DNA of 64,000 nt from assembly GCA_051362555.1 (NCBI GenBank), contig CM120640.1, positions 66,380,788 through 66,444,787 on the forward strand. Direction: 5' to 3'. Below the pieces are notes generated by a model that worked only from the letters and a program-made list of their open reading frames with translations, was not told the origin of the DNA and did not search any database. Of this stretch, positions 14,201 to 26,100 are shown one piece after another. A program made the position numbers and the translations under genes. The DNA comes from Lingula anatina. Taxonomy: Eukaryota; Animalia; Brachiopoda. Positions within the stretch are counted from its first letter, which is position 1. Each line of letters begins with the position of its first letter.

Positions 14201-15461
14201 TGATGATATTTTTTCCTGAAATTTGAGAAAGACAGGTGGTGTTTGATATGAAACTTAATTTAAAAATTTCACATAAAATACCTTTAAAACCTTAAATATT
14301 GCTAAAAGTCATGATCACTACCAAAAATACTTGTGTAATGTTCCTGGCAGAGGTTAAGTTTGGAGAAATGGTTTTACAACATCTGAGGCATGATAAGAAA
14401 ACATTCTCAAAAAGTTCTGAAATTTTGCACAGAGAAAAGCAATTACCAATATAAAAATTATATGATATTAAGGTAAACGAGGAGTTCAGTTTCTGTTTAA
14501 CTCATTTCAGGAACTCTCCATACTGATGAGGAAATTCTGGAGTTTGCTAAATTGGGCACATACCTAGAGTATGATCTGTTTGGTATAGAAACATCCAACT
14601 ATCAATGCAACCCGACTGTTGACATGCCTTCTGATGGGGAGAGAATAAGAAGAATCCAGGTGCTATTTGCAAATGGTTTTGACAAAGTGGTGATTGCACA
14701 TGATGTGCACACTAAGCACAGACTGGTAAGTATGATTACAATCTATTTTATTCAAGCAGTGAAGTCTTATAGCTTCCAACAGTTGAGGTGTGCTGCCCCC
14801 CCCCCCTCCATCCCCTACACACACACACACGCACACACACACGCACGCATGCACGCACACACACACACTCCATTCAAACTGTTATTTTGACTGTTTTGTG
14901 GTGATGGCTTTTTATCTCAAAACACCAACACTGTAGGTAAACTAAATTAAAGAAAAAACAAGTATTTCTATCAGCCCCTCTCTTGAAGTAGTTTGATAAT
15001 ATTTTCGGTTTTTGTAGAATGCCATTAAAATGTAACTTAACGAGAACTACATTACACTATTAAGTACAAGCGTATTTGGAAAAACTGTTTGTTCACATTT
15101 TTTCTGTGTATTTTACAGTTTTTAAGACTTTAATTTAAACATTTTCATCATGGTTTTGCTACTATTTACAATAGGAATGATTTTAAAGAAAATTATCAAA
15201 CACAAGCCAAAAAACATTTATACTGTTACCGTTAGTTAGTTTTGGCTTGTATTTTATAATTTTCATTTATGGTCCAACTACCAAGCTAATGAACATTTTT
15301 GATCAGCAATGATTTTGTTTGTCTAGGTGAGGTATGGTGGTCATGGGTTCACGCACATCCTTAGCAACGTGCTGCCACAAATGCGTCGTCGGGGTGTGAC
15401 CCAGGAGCAGATTGACAAGATGTTGATTGACAACCCCAGGGAGTGGCTCACTTTCCTTTAA
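8247..15461 (+). CDS. PTER: Phosphotriesterase-related protein, copy 1 (350 aa, 8 exons)
   Basis: Exons 8247-8277, 11371-11530, 11728-11806, 13041-13152, 13349-13504, 13855-14019, 14511-14725, 15327-15461; all GT-AG and in phase. Begins [13 protein letters not shown] and carries the metal-site motifs [27 protein letters not shown] and IAHDVH, ending DNPREWL. Confidence 0.95.
8591..8658. repeat. Short palindrome in PTER copy 1 intron 1
   Basis: CCTCAGTTTTCGGCCTTACATG ... CATGTGAGGCCGAAAACTGAGG; one arm is repeated directly at about 8446-8472. Confidence 0.6.
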
Positions 15462-17032
15462 ATGACATGCCATCTGTTCCCTGTTGCTTTTGTGCACAGC
15501 TTAAGACTGTCAATCAAATAAGTTTTTTTCCATCTTGGTATGCTTTCAGCGCCTGCAATAATAATATAGATGAAAAATTGTTTTATAAAATAATTCACGA
15601 AGGAAATTGTATGTATAAGTGTTATGAGAAATTAATCATGTTTCAGTATTACTGCAATCTGTGATAGGGAAGTGCCTCAATAATTTAATGAGGTAGTCAT
15701 TCTACACAGTCTCTAAATTTATGCTCGGTGCCATAATTTTTAATCTTGAATATCTAAAGTTGATTGAATTTTTTGTTTGTATTCAACAAAATTATGCTGA
15801 ACATTTTCATTTTGTGAAGGTAAAATGTTAAAATGTCCCAAAGTATGAAATTGCTCTAAATGTACATCTTGAGAGCAGCATGATTATACCGAAGTGTAGT
15901 TTACTCTGTGAATTTATTCAAGCAAACTAAAAGATGTCCTTTAAAGTAGACAGAAAGACTGACACATATATTAACTATACTCTATAGAGTTAAAGAAAAG
16001 TTAACAAGTAGTCTAGTTAAAAGAAAACATTTGGTCAATTTTTGTGTTGACAAAAGGAACAGCATGATGTTCGATTTAGTTGTTTAAATATATGTACAAA
16101 ACAGGTTTACCCATTGCTTATGTACAGCTTTCATAGCAGCCATGCTATTTAAAATGTTGACTTGAAATGTGTGAAACATTGTTTAGTTTTGCTCTCCATG
16201 AAACCTATTTACAATACATTGTTTAATGATTTATGCGGTAATTAATAACAAGCTACTAGCAGCATATAGCTCTTGATAAATAAATTTGAAATGTTAAAGT
16301 AAAGCATTTTCATCAAATATGAAATAGTTAACATGCTAATATTATTGTTTGATGACAAATAAACTGAAAATCATTAAATGAAAATCTGAAATGCTTCCAT
16401 TGTTTGTTTATTCAAGGAGTTATAACTCCTTGGTTTATTTTACTCAATCCATATTCTCAATCATCTTATCACCCCATATAGTAAAAGGCTCAGAGCATGA
16501 CACTTCTTAGGTCTCTTGAGTAACAAACTTCTACTAAATTTATTCTGCAATGTTATTTGAAGACAGTGAAGGTGTTTGAGTATCTTGCTTTCCTAAGCTG
16601 TTATTGAAATCCTATAGAAAAGGCCATTCATAATTTGCAGAAAGCTGGATTACAACCATCTTCACTGGGAGTGCAAATCTAACATATTCCCTGATGTCAA
16701 CTTTTTCTTAACCTGTTGCTATTGCATGCAAAATAGTAGGTGTTTTAGCAAATGTAAAATAACAGTGCCAAAAGAAGCATACCTATACTCATCAGCTTCT
16801 ACCCACAGCTTATTAGGAATATTGTGGGAAGTAAATGTCCCTCTACTCTCAAAACACATTCCATTTTTACACACACAAAAAAAGAGAATAATGTAAAATA
16901 TAAAAACAAACTCTGAAGAAGTAAATTCAAGTTAGTAATGTTACCAGTTGCATAGATATATATGTACTATATGTATGTGTAAATGAATATAATCCAATGT
17001 TAAGTAATCACTCCCCATGTATTATGTTCCAG

Positions 17033-20000
17033 TCCTTGGCTGCATTGCCCCAGACCAGGTGGGGATCACACATACCCATGAGCACCTGTCCATGACATTT
17101 GAAGTGACTTATATCCCACCTCCACCAGGAGATGAGGGCAAGGTCAACCTGCCATTTGAGATGAAAAACTTGGGTTGGATTCGCCAGTACCCGTAAGTGC
17201 ACCGAACTAGCATTTGTAAGTAAAAGAAAAAAATAACGCTAGTCTGTTTGCTAATTGGGATTTTAGAATTAACTGTTAACAAGCATTTATTCAAGGTGAG
17301 CCAAGTTACAGACATCATAGATATCAAACACTTGGAAATGTAACTCAAAATGGGACAATTCAGAAATGAGTGCGTAACTCGTCTCACCTTCCTGGCATTT
17401 TTATTTCCATCAGTGAAGAGTTCTAGTTCGAAGTGCTTTATATCCAAGATGTCATTAGCTTTGCACACCTTAATTGTCATAAAATGTTTGCTTACAAATA
17501 TTTTTAAATCACAGTTTATTGTACCACCAGCGTTAGCGCTGGCGGTACACATGGTTTTAGTCCCGTCCGGTCCGTTCCGCCGGCTCCGCCGGCTCCTGCG
17601 GCTCCGCCGGCTCCGCCGCCATGTTACCGTTACCGCTTCTCCTCCTAGACGGTAAGGGCCCCCATACCCATCTCTTGGATTTAGGTCACCTATAATCTCA
17701 ACTCGTTCCACGTAAAATTTGGGCTTTGTCGGTATTGGGGTCTAGGTGTGGCATTCATTGCAATGCACCCTTGTCCAAAAATGGCAAAATTAAATGCTAA
17801 TTATCTCCCCTACGGAAGGAATTATGGGAAAAATTTCTACAGATGGCTTTCCAAAAGTCATATGTGTAGATTTCAAATATGCCCTTGGATTTGACCTTTG
17901 ACCTTTATTTCAAGGTCAAACAGGCCAAAATTTTCAAAAAAACAAAATTTTTGCCAAAAAAAATGATTTGCGCTCTTATTCAGACACCACACAGACTTAA
18001 CTAACAATATTAATGGAAAGTGTTACATTTCGGGTCATCTTTCATCTCCGTGAATTTGGGGTCAATCGGTGCATTTTCACGGGAGTAGCGGCCATAAGAT
18101 ATCGAAACTGAAAACTGTCTCTAATTCGGGAACCGTTAATGCTAGACACTCATTCTTTTTTGCATTTTGTAGAGCATGTAAAGCCCAACACTGGAGGTGG
18201 TCTCCGTTTTTTTGTATTCCATACGGTTTTCGAGTTACGCTGTATCAAAAAGTACATATTGGTGGTGAAAGCAAAATGTGCAGTACGGTAATGGATAATA
18301 AATTTTGAACTCTGGAAAAATAAAACATAAGGCTTAGCAAAGCAGACAACTTGTGGTCAAAAATGACATTATTTCATCAAATTTGAACATCTGGAACTTC
18401 AGAGCACCTCCCATTTCAAGAATTTTGACCAAAATGACCTTTTCTTTATTTTAATTAATTTTTTCTGTAGGAAATTTATGGCACATTATGGTAACTCCAA
18501 AATTATACCATTTAGTCCCTTATATCTCCAAAACTGGCAGAGATAGGTCCATAGTTACTATTGAAGTTGAATAGGAAGTCATATACTGGCAATCTAAATG
18601 TGACCTTAAAATTGACCTTTGACCTACTTTTCACCATGAACTGAACTTTGCAAATTTTGCTTCCCTTTTATCTCCAAAACTGGCAGAGATAGGTCCATAG
18701 TCTCTATTGAACTTCAATAGGAAGTCATATACTGGCAATCTACATGTGACCTTAAAATTGACCTTTGACCTACTTTTCACCATGAACTGAACTTTGCAAA
18801 TTTTGCTTCCCTTTTATCTCCAAAACTGGCAGAGATAGGTCCATAGTTTCTATTGAACTTGAATAGGAAGTCATATACTGGCAATCTACATGTGACCTTA
18901 AAATTGACCTTTGACCTACTTTTCACCATGAACTGAACTTTGCAAATTTTGCTTCCCTTTTATCTCCAAAACTGGCAGAGATAGGTCCATAGTCTCTATT
19001 GAACTTGAACAGGAAGTCATATACTGGCAATCTACATGTGACCTTAAAATTGACCTTTGACCTACTTTTCACCATGAACTGAACTTTGCAAATTTTGCTT
19101 CCCTTTTATCTCTAAAGTTACGCTGTATCAAAAAGTACATATTGGTGGTGAAAGCAAAATGTGCAGTACGGTAATGGATAATAAATTTTGAACTCTGGAA
19201 AAATAAAACATAAGGCTTGGCAAAGCAGACAACTTGTGGTCAAAAATGACATTATTTCATCAAATTTGAACATCTGGAACTTCAGAGCACCTCCCATTTC
19301 AAGAATTTTGACCAAAATGACCTTTTCTTTATTTTAATTAATTTTTTCTGTAGGAAAGTTATGGCACATTATGGTCACTCCAAAATTATACCATTTAGTC
19401 CCTTATATCTCCAAAACTGGCAGAGATAGGTCCATAGTTACTATTGAAGTTGAATAGGAAGTCATATACTGGCAATCTAAATGTGACCTTAAAATTGACC
19501 TTTGACCTACTTTTCACCATGAACTGAACTTTGCAAACTTTGCTTCCCTTTTATCTCCAAAACTGGCAGAGATAGGTCCATAGTCTCTATTGAACTTGAA
19601 TAGGAAGTCATATACTGGCAATCTAAATGTGACCTTAAAATTGACCTTTGACCTACTTTTCACCATGAACTGAACTTTGCAAATTTTGCTTCCCTTTTAT
19701 CTCCAAAACTGGCAGAGATAGGCCCATAGTTACTATTGAAGTTGAATAGGAAGTCATATACTGGCAATTTACTGTGACCTTGGAATTGACCTTTGACCTA
19801 CCTTACGATGAACTTAACTTTGATTGTACCATTTTTAGTTATATATATATTTTTTGCATATTTTGAAAATTCTTGTTGATTGCATTTTTACAGCTTGTCA
19901 AGCACAAGACTGGTGGCTGTGTTCCTTATTTTGTGTATGTGGGGGTCTGTACGAATGCGCTTGCTCCAGCTGGTGGTACAATATTCGGAGGCGGTATCGC

Positions 20001-22875
20001 CTCTCTGATCCTCTAGTTAAGATTTATTGTATTTTATTAATTTTTACTGGCCAGTCATTTAGAATGTTGTGTCTTCCTGCACATTTCAGATGTCAGGTGC
20101 TTTTTATAAGAGGTTTTATAGTTTCTAAGGTCTCAATTGGGAAAGATTACTTATAGTAGGCTTGCAGGATTTGCAGACACAGAAAATTTCTTTGGGGAAT
20201 TTTTTAATTCATATAGCATACCTTTAATATCAGATACATACTAAACTGGTAATACAGTTGACAGCCAGAAAGAAGTTATTCAGATATGGAACTGACTGAT
20301 TTATCAATGATATGTGATATTTATGATGATGAATTATACATTTTTACTTCAGATACAGCCACAAACCTAATCTGATTTATAATGATGATGATAGTCATGA
20401 AGCAGTTATCCAAGAATTGAAATACTTTAAGGTAAAGTATCAGTCTTTACCACACACATCAATGTTAGCCACACATGGTCAATATCAGCGCAGCCAAAGT
20501 TGAAAAAAACTGCAGCAAGATATTTATGTAGATTTTCAGAGACCATACAAAATAATTTTGACTCACTGTAGAATAAGGGCAAAATCAAGTTTATCAGTAT
20601 GAGTTACTTTCAAAATCCTTGTATTTCATATGAGAGAAGTTCATTCATCTTATAATGAAAAATGGATGGTTGGTATCTGGTATGGGGTAATGTTGACTAA
20701 TTTGTTGCTATTGTTGTTTTGTTTTTCTCTGCTATTCAAGGAATGTGGCGGAGGAACAATAGTTGAAAACACCACCCATGGCATCACTCGTGACATGCGT
20801 TATCTGAAGAGAGCAGCAGAGGAATCTGGAGTGAACGTCATAGCAGGATCAGGTAAAACTTTTGTAAGAAACTGGGATCTGATCTGTGCTAAATTCATCT
20901 ATTGATATTAAATGATCTACATATTAACCAAAGAGTTGGCATTTACAGAAAAATTTTTTGGTATATTTTTTGATGAGGATCTTATGCTGCATTCACAACA
21001 GCAGACTAAATAGTCTGCCAATCAGATATTGCAACCCATTTAAAAGCTTGCTGCATGGTCTTCTAATAGACACTAAATAGACTTCCTACGGGGATTACGC
21101 AACAAGCATTCAAGTGAGTCTGCCATATTTGATCCATGTCGCTGTTAGTCCAGTTTTGAATGTGGCCATAGTGTGGCTTTCGATTGAAATTGATCCTGTT
21201 CTGGTTTGGTTCTGAAATAATAATGTGCACGTTATTGTTACTCTCTACTTGAACTGTCAACTTTAAAATGTGTATTTTAATAAAATAATTCAGTGCTATC
21301 TTTTATATAACTTTCACATTTCACTTCTTCCATCAAGGATACTATGTTAGTGCTTCACACCCATCTCAGATGGATGCAATGAGAGTAGAAGACATTGTGG
21401 AGGTGATGAGAAATGATTTTCTCACTGGCTGTGATGGGACAGACATCAAGTGTGGAGTCATTGGCGAGATTGGATGTTCCTGGCCTTTACATGGTAATTG
21501 GAAATAAATATAATTAAACATATATATATACTAAATTAAATGTATTTCTTTTCTTATTTTGTTATGGTGGTTATGATTGTTAATCCAAGGCAAAATGTCA
21601 AATTCATCTTACAGGCAAAATAATGAGCACTAAGATTTTCAAATGATTGTAAGGAAAATAGGAACACCATAAGTTATTTATTTATTTTTTAACTTTACTG
21701 AAGTATTATATTCAAAAGTTGGTATGCAATTATTCCTTATCAGACAATGAAAAGAAAGTTCTCAGGGCCACTGTAGAGGCTCAGACCCAGCTTGGCTGTC
21801 CAGTTATCATCCATCCTGGCCGCCATCACGAGGCCCCGTCGGAAATTGTCCGCCTGTTGCAAGAGGAGGGCGGAAATACTGGGAAAACTGTCATGTCTCA
21901 CTTGGACAGTAAGAAAACTAGTTATATCCGCCACTCTCTCTCTCTCTTGTTTCCCCAAGTTAAATGTACAAAAACATCCAATGAGAAAATTAATTACCCC
22001 CCCCCCCTCTCTCTCTCTCTCTCTTTGGTTTGACTAATTAACAATAGCATGAATAGCACATCAGGGGCGGATTTAGGGCGTCTTCTGGGTCTTCCGGAAG
22101 ACGGTCAGATTTTTAAGTTAACATTGACAGGTATCCAATTTTTTCTGTCGGAAGACGGTCAAAAATGGAGGATGGATCAACAAAGATAATTTGGAAGACT
22201 GTCAGAAAATATCTCTGGATCCGTCCCTGCACATCATGAGAAAACTAATTACCTTCTCTCTCTCTCACCATCATCATTATCGGGTTTCTTTTAACTTTTA
22301 GGAACATTGCATGCTGATGAACTGTTGCTTGACTTTGCCAAGATGGGGACTTATTTGGAATTTGACCTATTTGGTTTTGAAAATTCCAATTACCAAACTA
22401 ACCCTGCCGTTGATATGCCTGGTGATGGCGAGCGTATTCGCAGAATTAAAATTCTCTTTGACAACGGTTTCGATAAAGTTGTGATATCACATGACATGCA
22501 TTTCAAGCATAGACTAGTAAGTGATGCATGACTCTTTTAAATGTTTTATACATTGTAAGTGTTTTTCACTGGAAATCTATCAAAAATGTAGGACACATTA
22601 GGCAAGAGACAAGTACATGTACTCAGAAACTCTAGATTTGAGGTAACTCATGCATTATTGCTTTACGAAATAATTAATGGGTTACATATTCAGGGTGTTT
22701 TTTATGAGGAATAAAATATAAATTAAATGCAATGTTCCAGATAAAATATGGTGGACATGGCTACACCCATATTCTTCGCAATGTGCTGCCGCAGATGCGT
22801 CGTCGGGGTGTGACCCAGGAGCAGATTGACAAGATGTTGATTGACAACCCCAGGGAGTGGCTCACTTTTCTTTAA
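17033..22875 (+). CDS. PTER: Phosphotriesterase-related protein, copy 2 (exons 2-8 intact; no own exon 1 seen)
   Basis: Exons 17033-17192, 20353-20431, 20741-20852, 21338-21493, 21744-21908, 22302-22516, 22741-22875. Exon lengths match copies 1 and 3, there are no stops, and HTHEHL, IGEIG, IHPGR, MSHLDR and SHDMH are retained. Confidence 0.92.
17516..20018 (+). mobile_element. Helentron-associated non-autonomous element (HINE/DINE-1-like), copy A
   Basis: 5' TTATTGTACCACCAGCG followed by a partial inverted repeat and a (CCGCCGGCT)-type microsatellite; internal 146-bp tandem units; 3' subterminal inverted repeat GCTGGTGGTACAA; hairpin GAGGCG-GTAT-CGCCTC; ends CTAGTT; no target-site duplication seen. 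Confidence 0.85.
22062..22229. mobile_element. MITE with CAGGGGCGGAT-type TIRs and 5-bp TSD (CACAT)
   Basis: cacat|CAGGGGCGGAT ... ATCCGTCCCTG|cacat; a related end lies at about 7810-7842 in the opposite orientation. Confidence 0.7.
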
Positions 22876-23175
22876 AGGATGTGGGTGTCTCAAATTCCGG
22901 GGTGAGCTAAAATGCTTTCTGACAGCATTCATTCCAGTAGCAAGCCAGAGAGCACATCAGGAGCGCACTCATTCATCAAGAAAAAATGGACAATCACTGA
23001 AAAGGATAACAGAAACAAAACTTATATGAAAAATACCAGAAGACTCGAAATTAGTTGGCATTGCAATCACTTTAAGAACTGCTTATCTTGTAATTTTTTG
23101 TTGAAGAAAAATATTAATTTTTTGGTGAAGAAAAATATTAATTTTTTGCCTCAAACAGACAAACCATTGGTTAGG

Positions 23176-26100
23176 TTATTGTACCACCAGCGTTAGCGCT
23201 GGCGGTACACATGGTTTCGGTCCCGTCCGGATCGTTCCGCCGGCTCCGCCGGCTCCGTTGGCTCCGCCGGCTCCGCCGGACGGCTACCGTTACCGCTTCT
23301 CCTCCTAGACGGTAAGGGCCCCCGTACCCATCTCATGGATTTAGGTCACCTATAATCTCAACTCGTTCCACGTAAAATTTGGGCTTTGTCGGTATTGGGG
23401 TCTGGGTGTGGCACTCATTGCAATGCACCCTTGTCTAAAAATGGCAAAATTAAATGCTAATTATCTACCCTACGGAAGGAGTTATGGGAAAAATTTCTAT
23501 AGACGGCTTTCCAAAAGTCATATGTGTAGATTTCAAATATACCCTTGGATTTGACCTTTGACCTCTACTTCAAGGTCAAATGGGCCAAAATTTTCAAAAA
23601 AATGAAATTTTTTACGAAAAAAATTTTTTTTGCCCTGTTATTCAGACACCACACAGACTTAACCAATAATATTATTGGAAAGTGTTACCCTTCAGGTCAT
23701 CTTTTATCTCCATGAATTTGGGGTCAATTGGTGCATTTTCACGGGAGTAGCGGCCATAAGATACTGAAACTGAAAACTGTCTCTAATTCGGGAACCGTTA
23801 ATGCTAGAGACCCATTCTTTTTTGCATTTTGTAGAGCATGTAAAGCCCAACACTGGAGGTGGTCTCGGTTTTTTTGTATTCCATACGGTTTTCGAGTTAC
23901 GCTGTATCAAAAAGTACATATTGGTGGTAAAAGCAAAATGTGCAGTACGGTAATGGATAATAAATTTTGAACTCTGGAAAAATAAAACATAAGGCTTGGC
24001 AAAGCAGACAACTTGTGTTCAAAAATGACATTATTTCATCAAATTTGAACTTCTGAAACTTCAGAGCACCTCCTATTTCAAGAATTTTGACCAAAATGAC
24101 ATTTTCTTTATTTTAATTAATTTTTTCTGTACGAAATTTAAGGCACATTATGGTAACTCCAAAATTATAACATCTAGTCCCTTATATCTCCAAAACTGGC
24201 AGAGATAGGTCCATAGTTACTATTGAAGTTGAATAGGAAGTCATATACTGGCAATCTTACTATGACCTTGAAATTGACCTTTGACCTACTTTTCACCATG
24301 AACTGAACTTTGCAAATTTTTCTTCCCTTTTATCTCCAAAACTGGCAGAGATAGGTCCATAGTTACTATTGAACTTGAATAGGAAGTCATATACTGGCAA
24401 TCTAAATGTGACCTTTAAATTGACCTTTGACCTACTTTACACCATGAACTGAATTTTGCAAATTTTGCTTTCCTTTTATCTCCAAAACTGGCAGAGATAT
24501 GTCCGTAGTTACTATTGAAGTTGAATAGGAAGTCATATACTGGCAATCTATATGTGACATTAAAATTGACCTTTGACCTACTTTTCACCATGAACTGAAT
24601 TCTGCAAATTTTGCTTTCCTTTTATCTCCAAAACTGGCTGAGATAGGTCCGTAGTTACTATTGAACTTGAAAAGGAAGTCATATACTGGCAATCTAAATG
24701 TGACCTTATAATTGACCTTTGACCTACTTTTCACCATAAACTGAACTTTGCAAATTTTTCTTCCCTTTTATCTCCAAAACTGGCAGAGATAGGTCCGTAG
24801 TTACTATTGAAGTTGAATAGGAAGTCATATACTGGCAATCTAAATGTGACCTTAAAATTGACCTTTGACCTACTTTACACCATGAACTGAATTTTGCAAA
24901 TTTTGCTTTCCTTTTATCTCCAAAACTGGCTGAGATAGGTCCATAGTTACTATTGAACTTGAATAGAAAGTCATATACTGGCAATCTAAATGTGACCTTA
25001 AAATTGACCTTTGACCTACTTTTCACCATAAACTGAACTTTGCAAATTTTGCTTCCCATTTATCTCCAAAACTGGCAGAGATAGGTCGATAGTTACTATT
25101 GAACTTGAATAGGAAGTCATATACTGGCAATCTAAATGTGACCTTGAAATTGACCTTTGACCTACTTTTCACCATGAACTGAACTTTGCAAACTTTTCTT
25201 CCCTTTTATCTCCAAAACTGGCTGAGATAGGTCTATAGTTACTATTGAACTTGAAAAGTAAGTCATATACTGGCAATCTAAATGTGACCTTAAAATTGAC
25301 CTTTGACCTACTTTACACCATGAACTGAATTTTGCAAATTTTGCTTTCCTTTTATCTCCAAAACTGGCTGAGATAGGTCCGTAGTTACTATTGAACTTGA
25401 ATAGGAAGTCATATACTGGCAATCTAAATGTGACCTTAAAATTGACCTTTGACCTACTTTTCACCATAAACTGAACTTTGCAAATTTTGCTTCCCTTTTA
25501 TCTCCAAAACTGGCAGAGATAGGTCCATAGTTGCTATTGAACTTGAATAGGAAGTCATATACTGGCAATCTAAACGTGACCTTGAAATTGACCTTTGACC
25601 TACTTTTCACCATGAACTGAACTTTGCAAACTTTTCTTCCCTTTTATCTCGAAAACTGGCTGAGATAGGTCCATAGTTACTATTGAACTTGAAAAGGAAG
25701 TCATATACTGGCAATCTAAATGTGACCTTAAAATTGACCTTTGACCTACTTTTCACCATTAACTGAACTTTGCAAATTTTGCTTCCCTTATATCTCCAAA
25801 ACTGGAAGAGATAGGTCCATAGTTACTATTGAAGTTGAATAGAAAGTCATATACTGGCAATTTAAATGTGACCTTAAAATTGACCTTTGACCTACTTTTC
25901 ACCATTAACTGAACTTTGCAAATTTTGCTTCCCTTTTATCTCCAAAACTGGCAGAGATAGGTCCATAGTTTCTATTGAACTTGAATAGGAAGTCATATAC
26001 TGGCAATCTAAATGTGACCTTATAATTGACCTTTGACCTACTTTTCACCATAAACTGAACTTTGCAAATTTTTCTTCCCTTTTATCTCCAAAACTGGCAG

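Noticed and set aside
17109-17711. 200-aa ORF with protamine-like RRSRRSRR
   Set aside because: Produced by the element's GC-rich 9-bp microsatellite; it spans the element boundary and lies antisense to a PTER exon.
18069-18308. ORF repeated at 23728 and 33806 ([10 protein letters not shown]...)
   Set aside because: Part of the non-autonomous element body; non-ATG starts and no Rep, helicase or transposase motifs.
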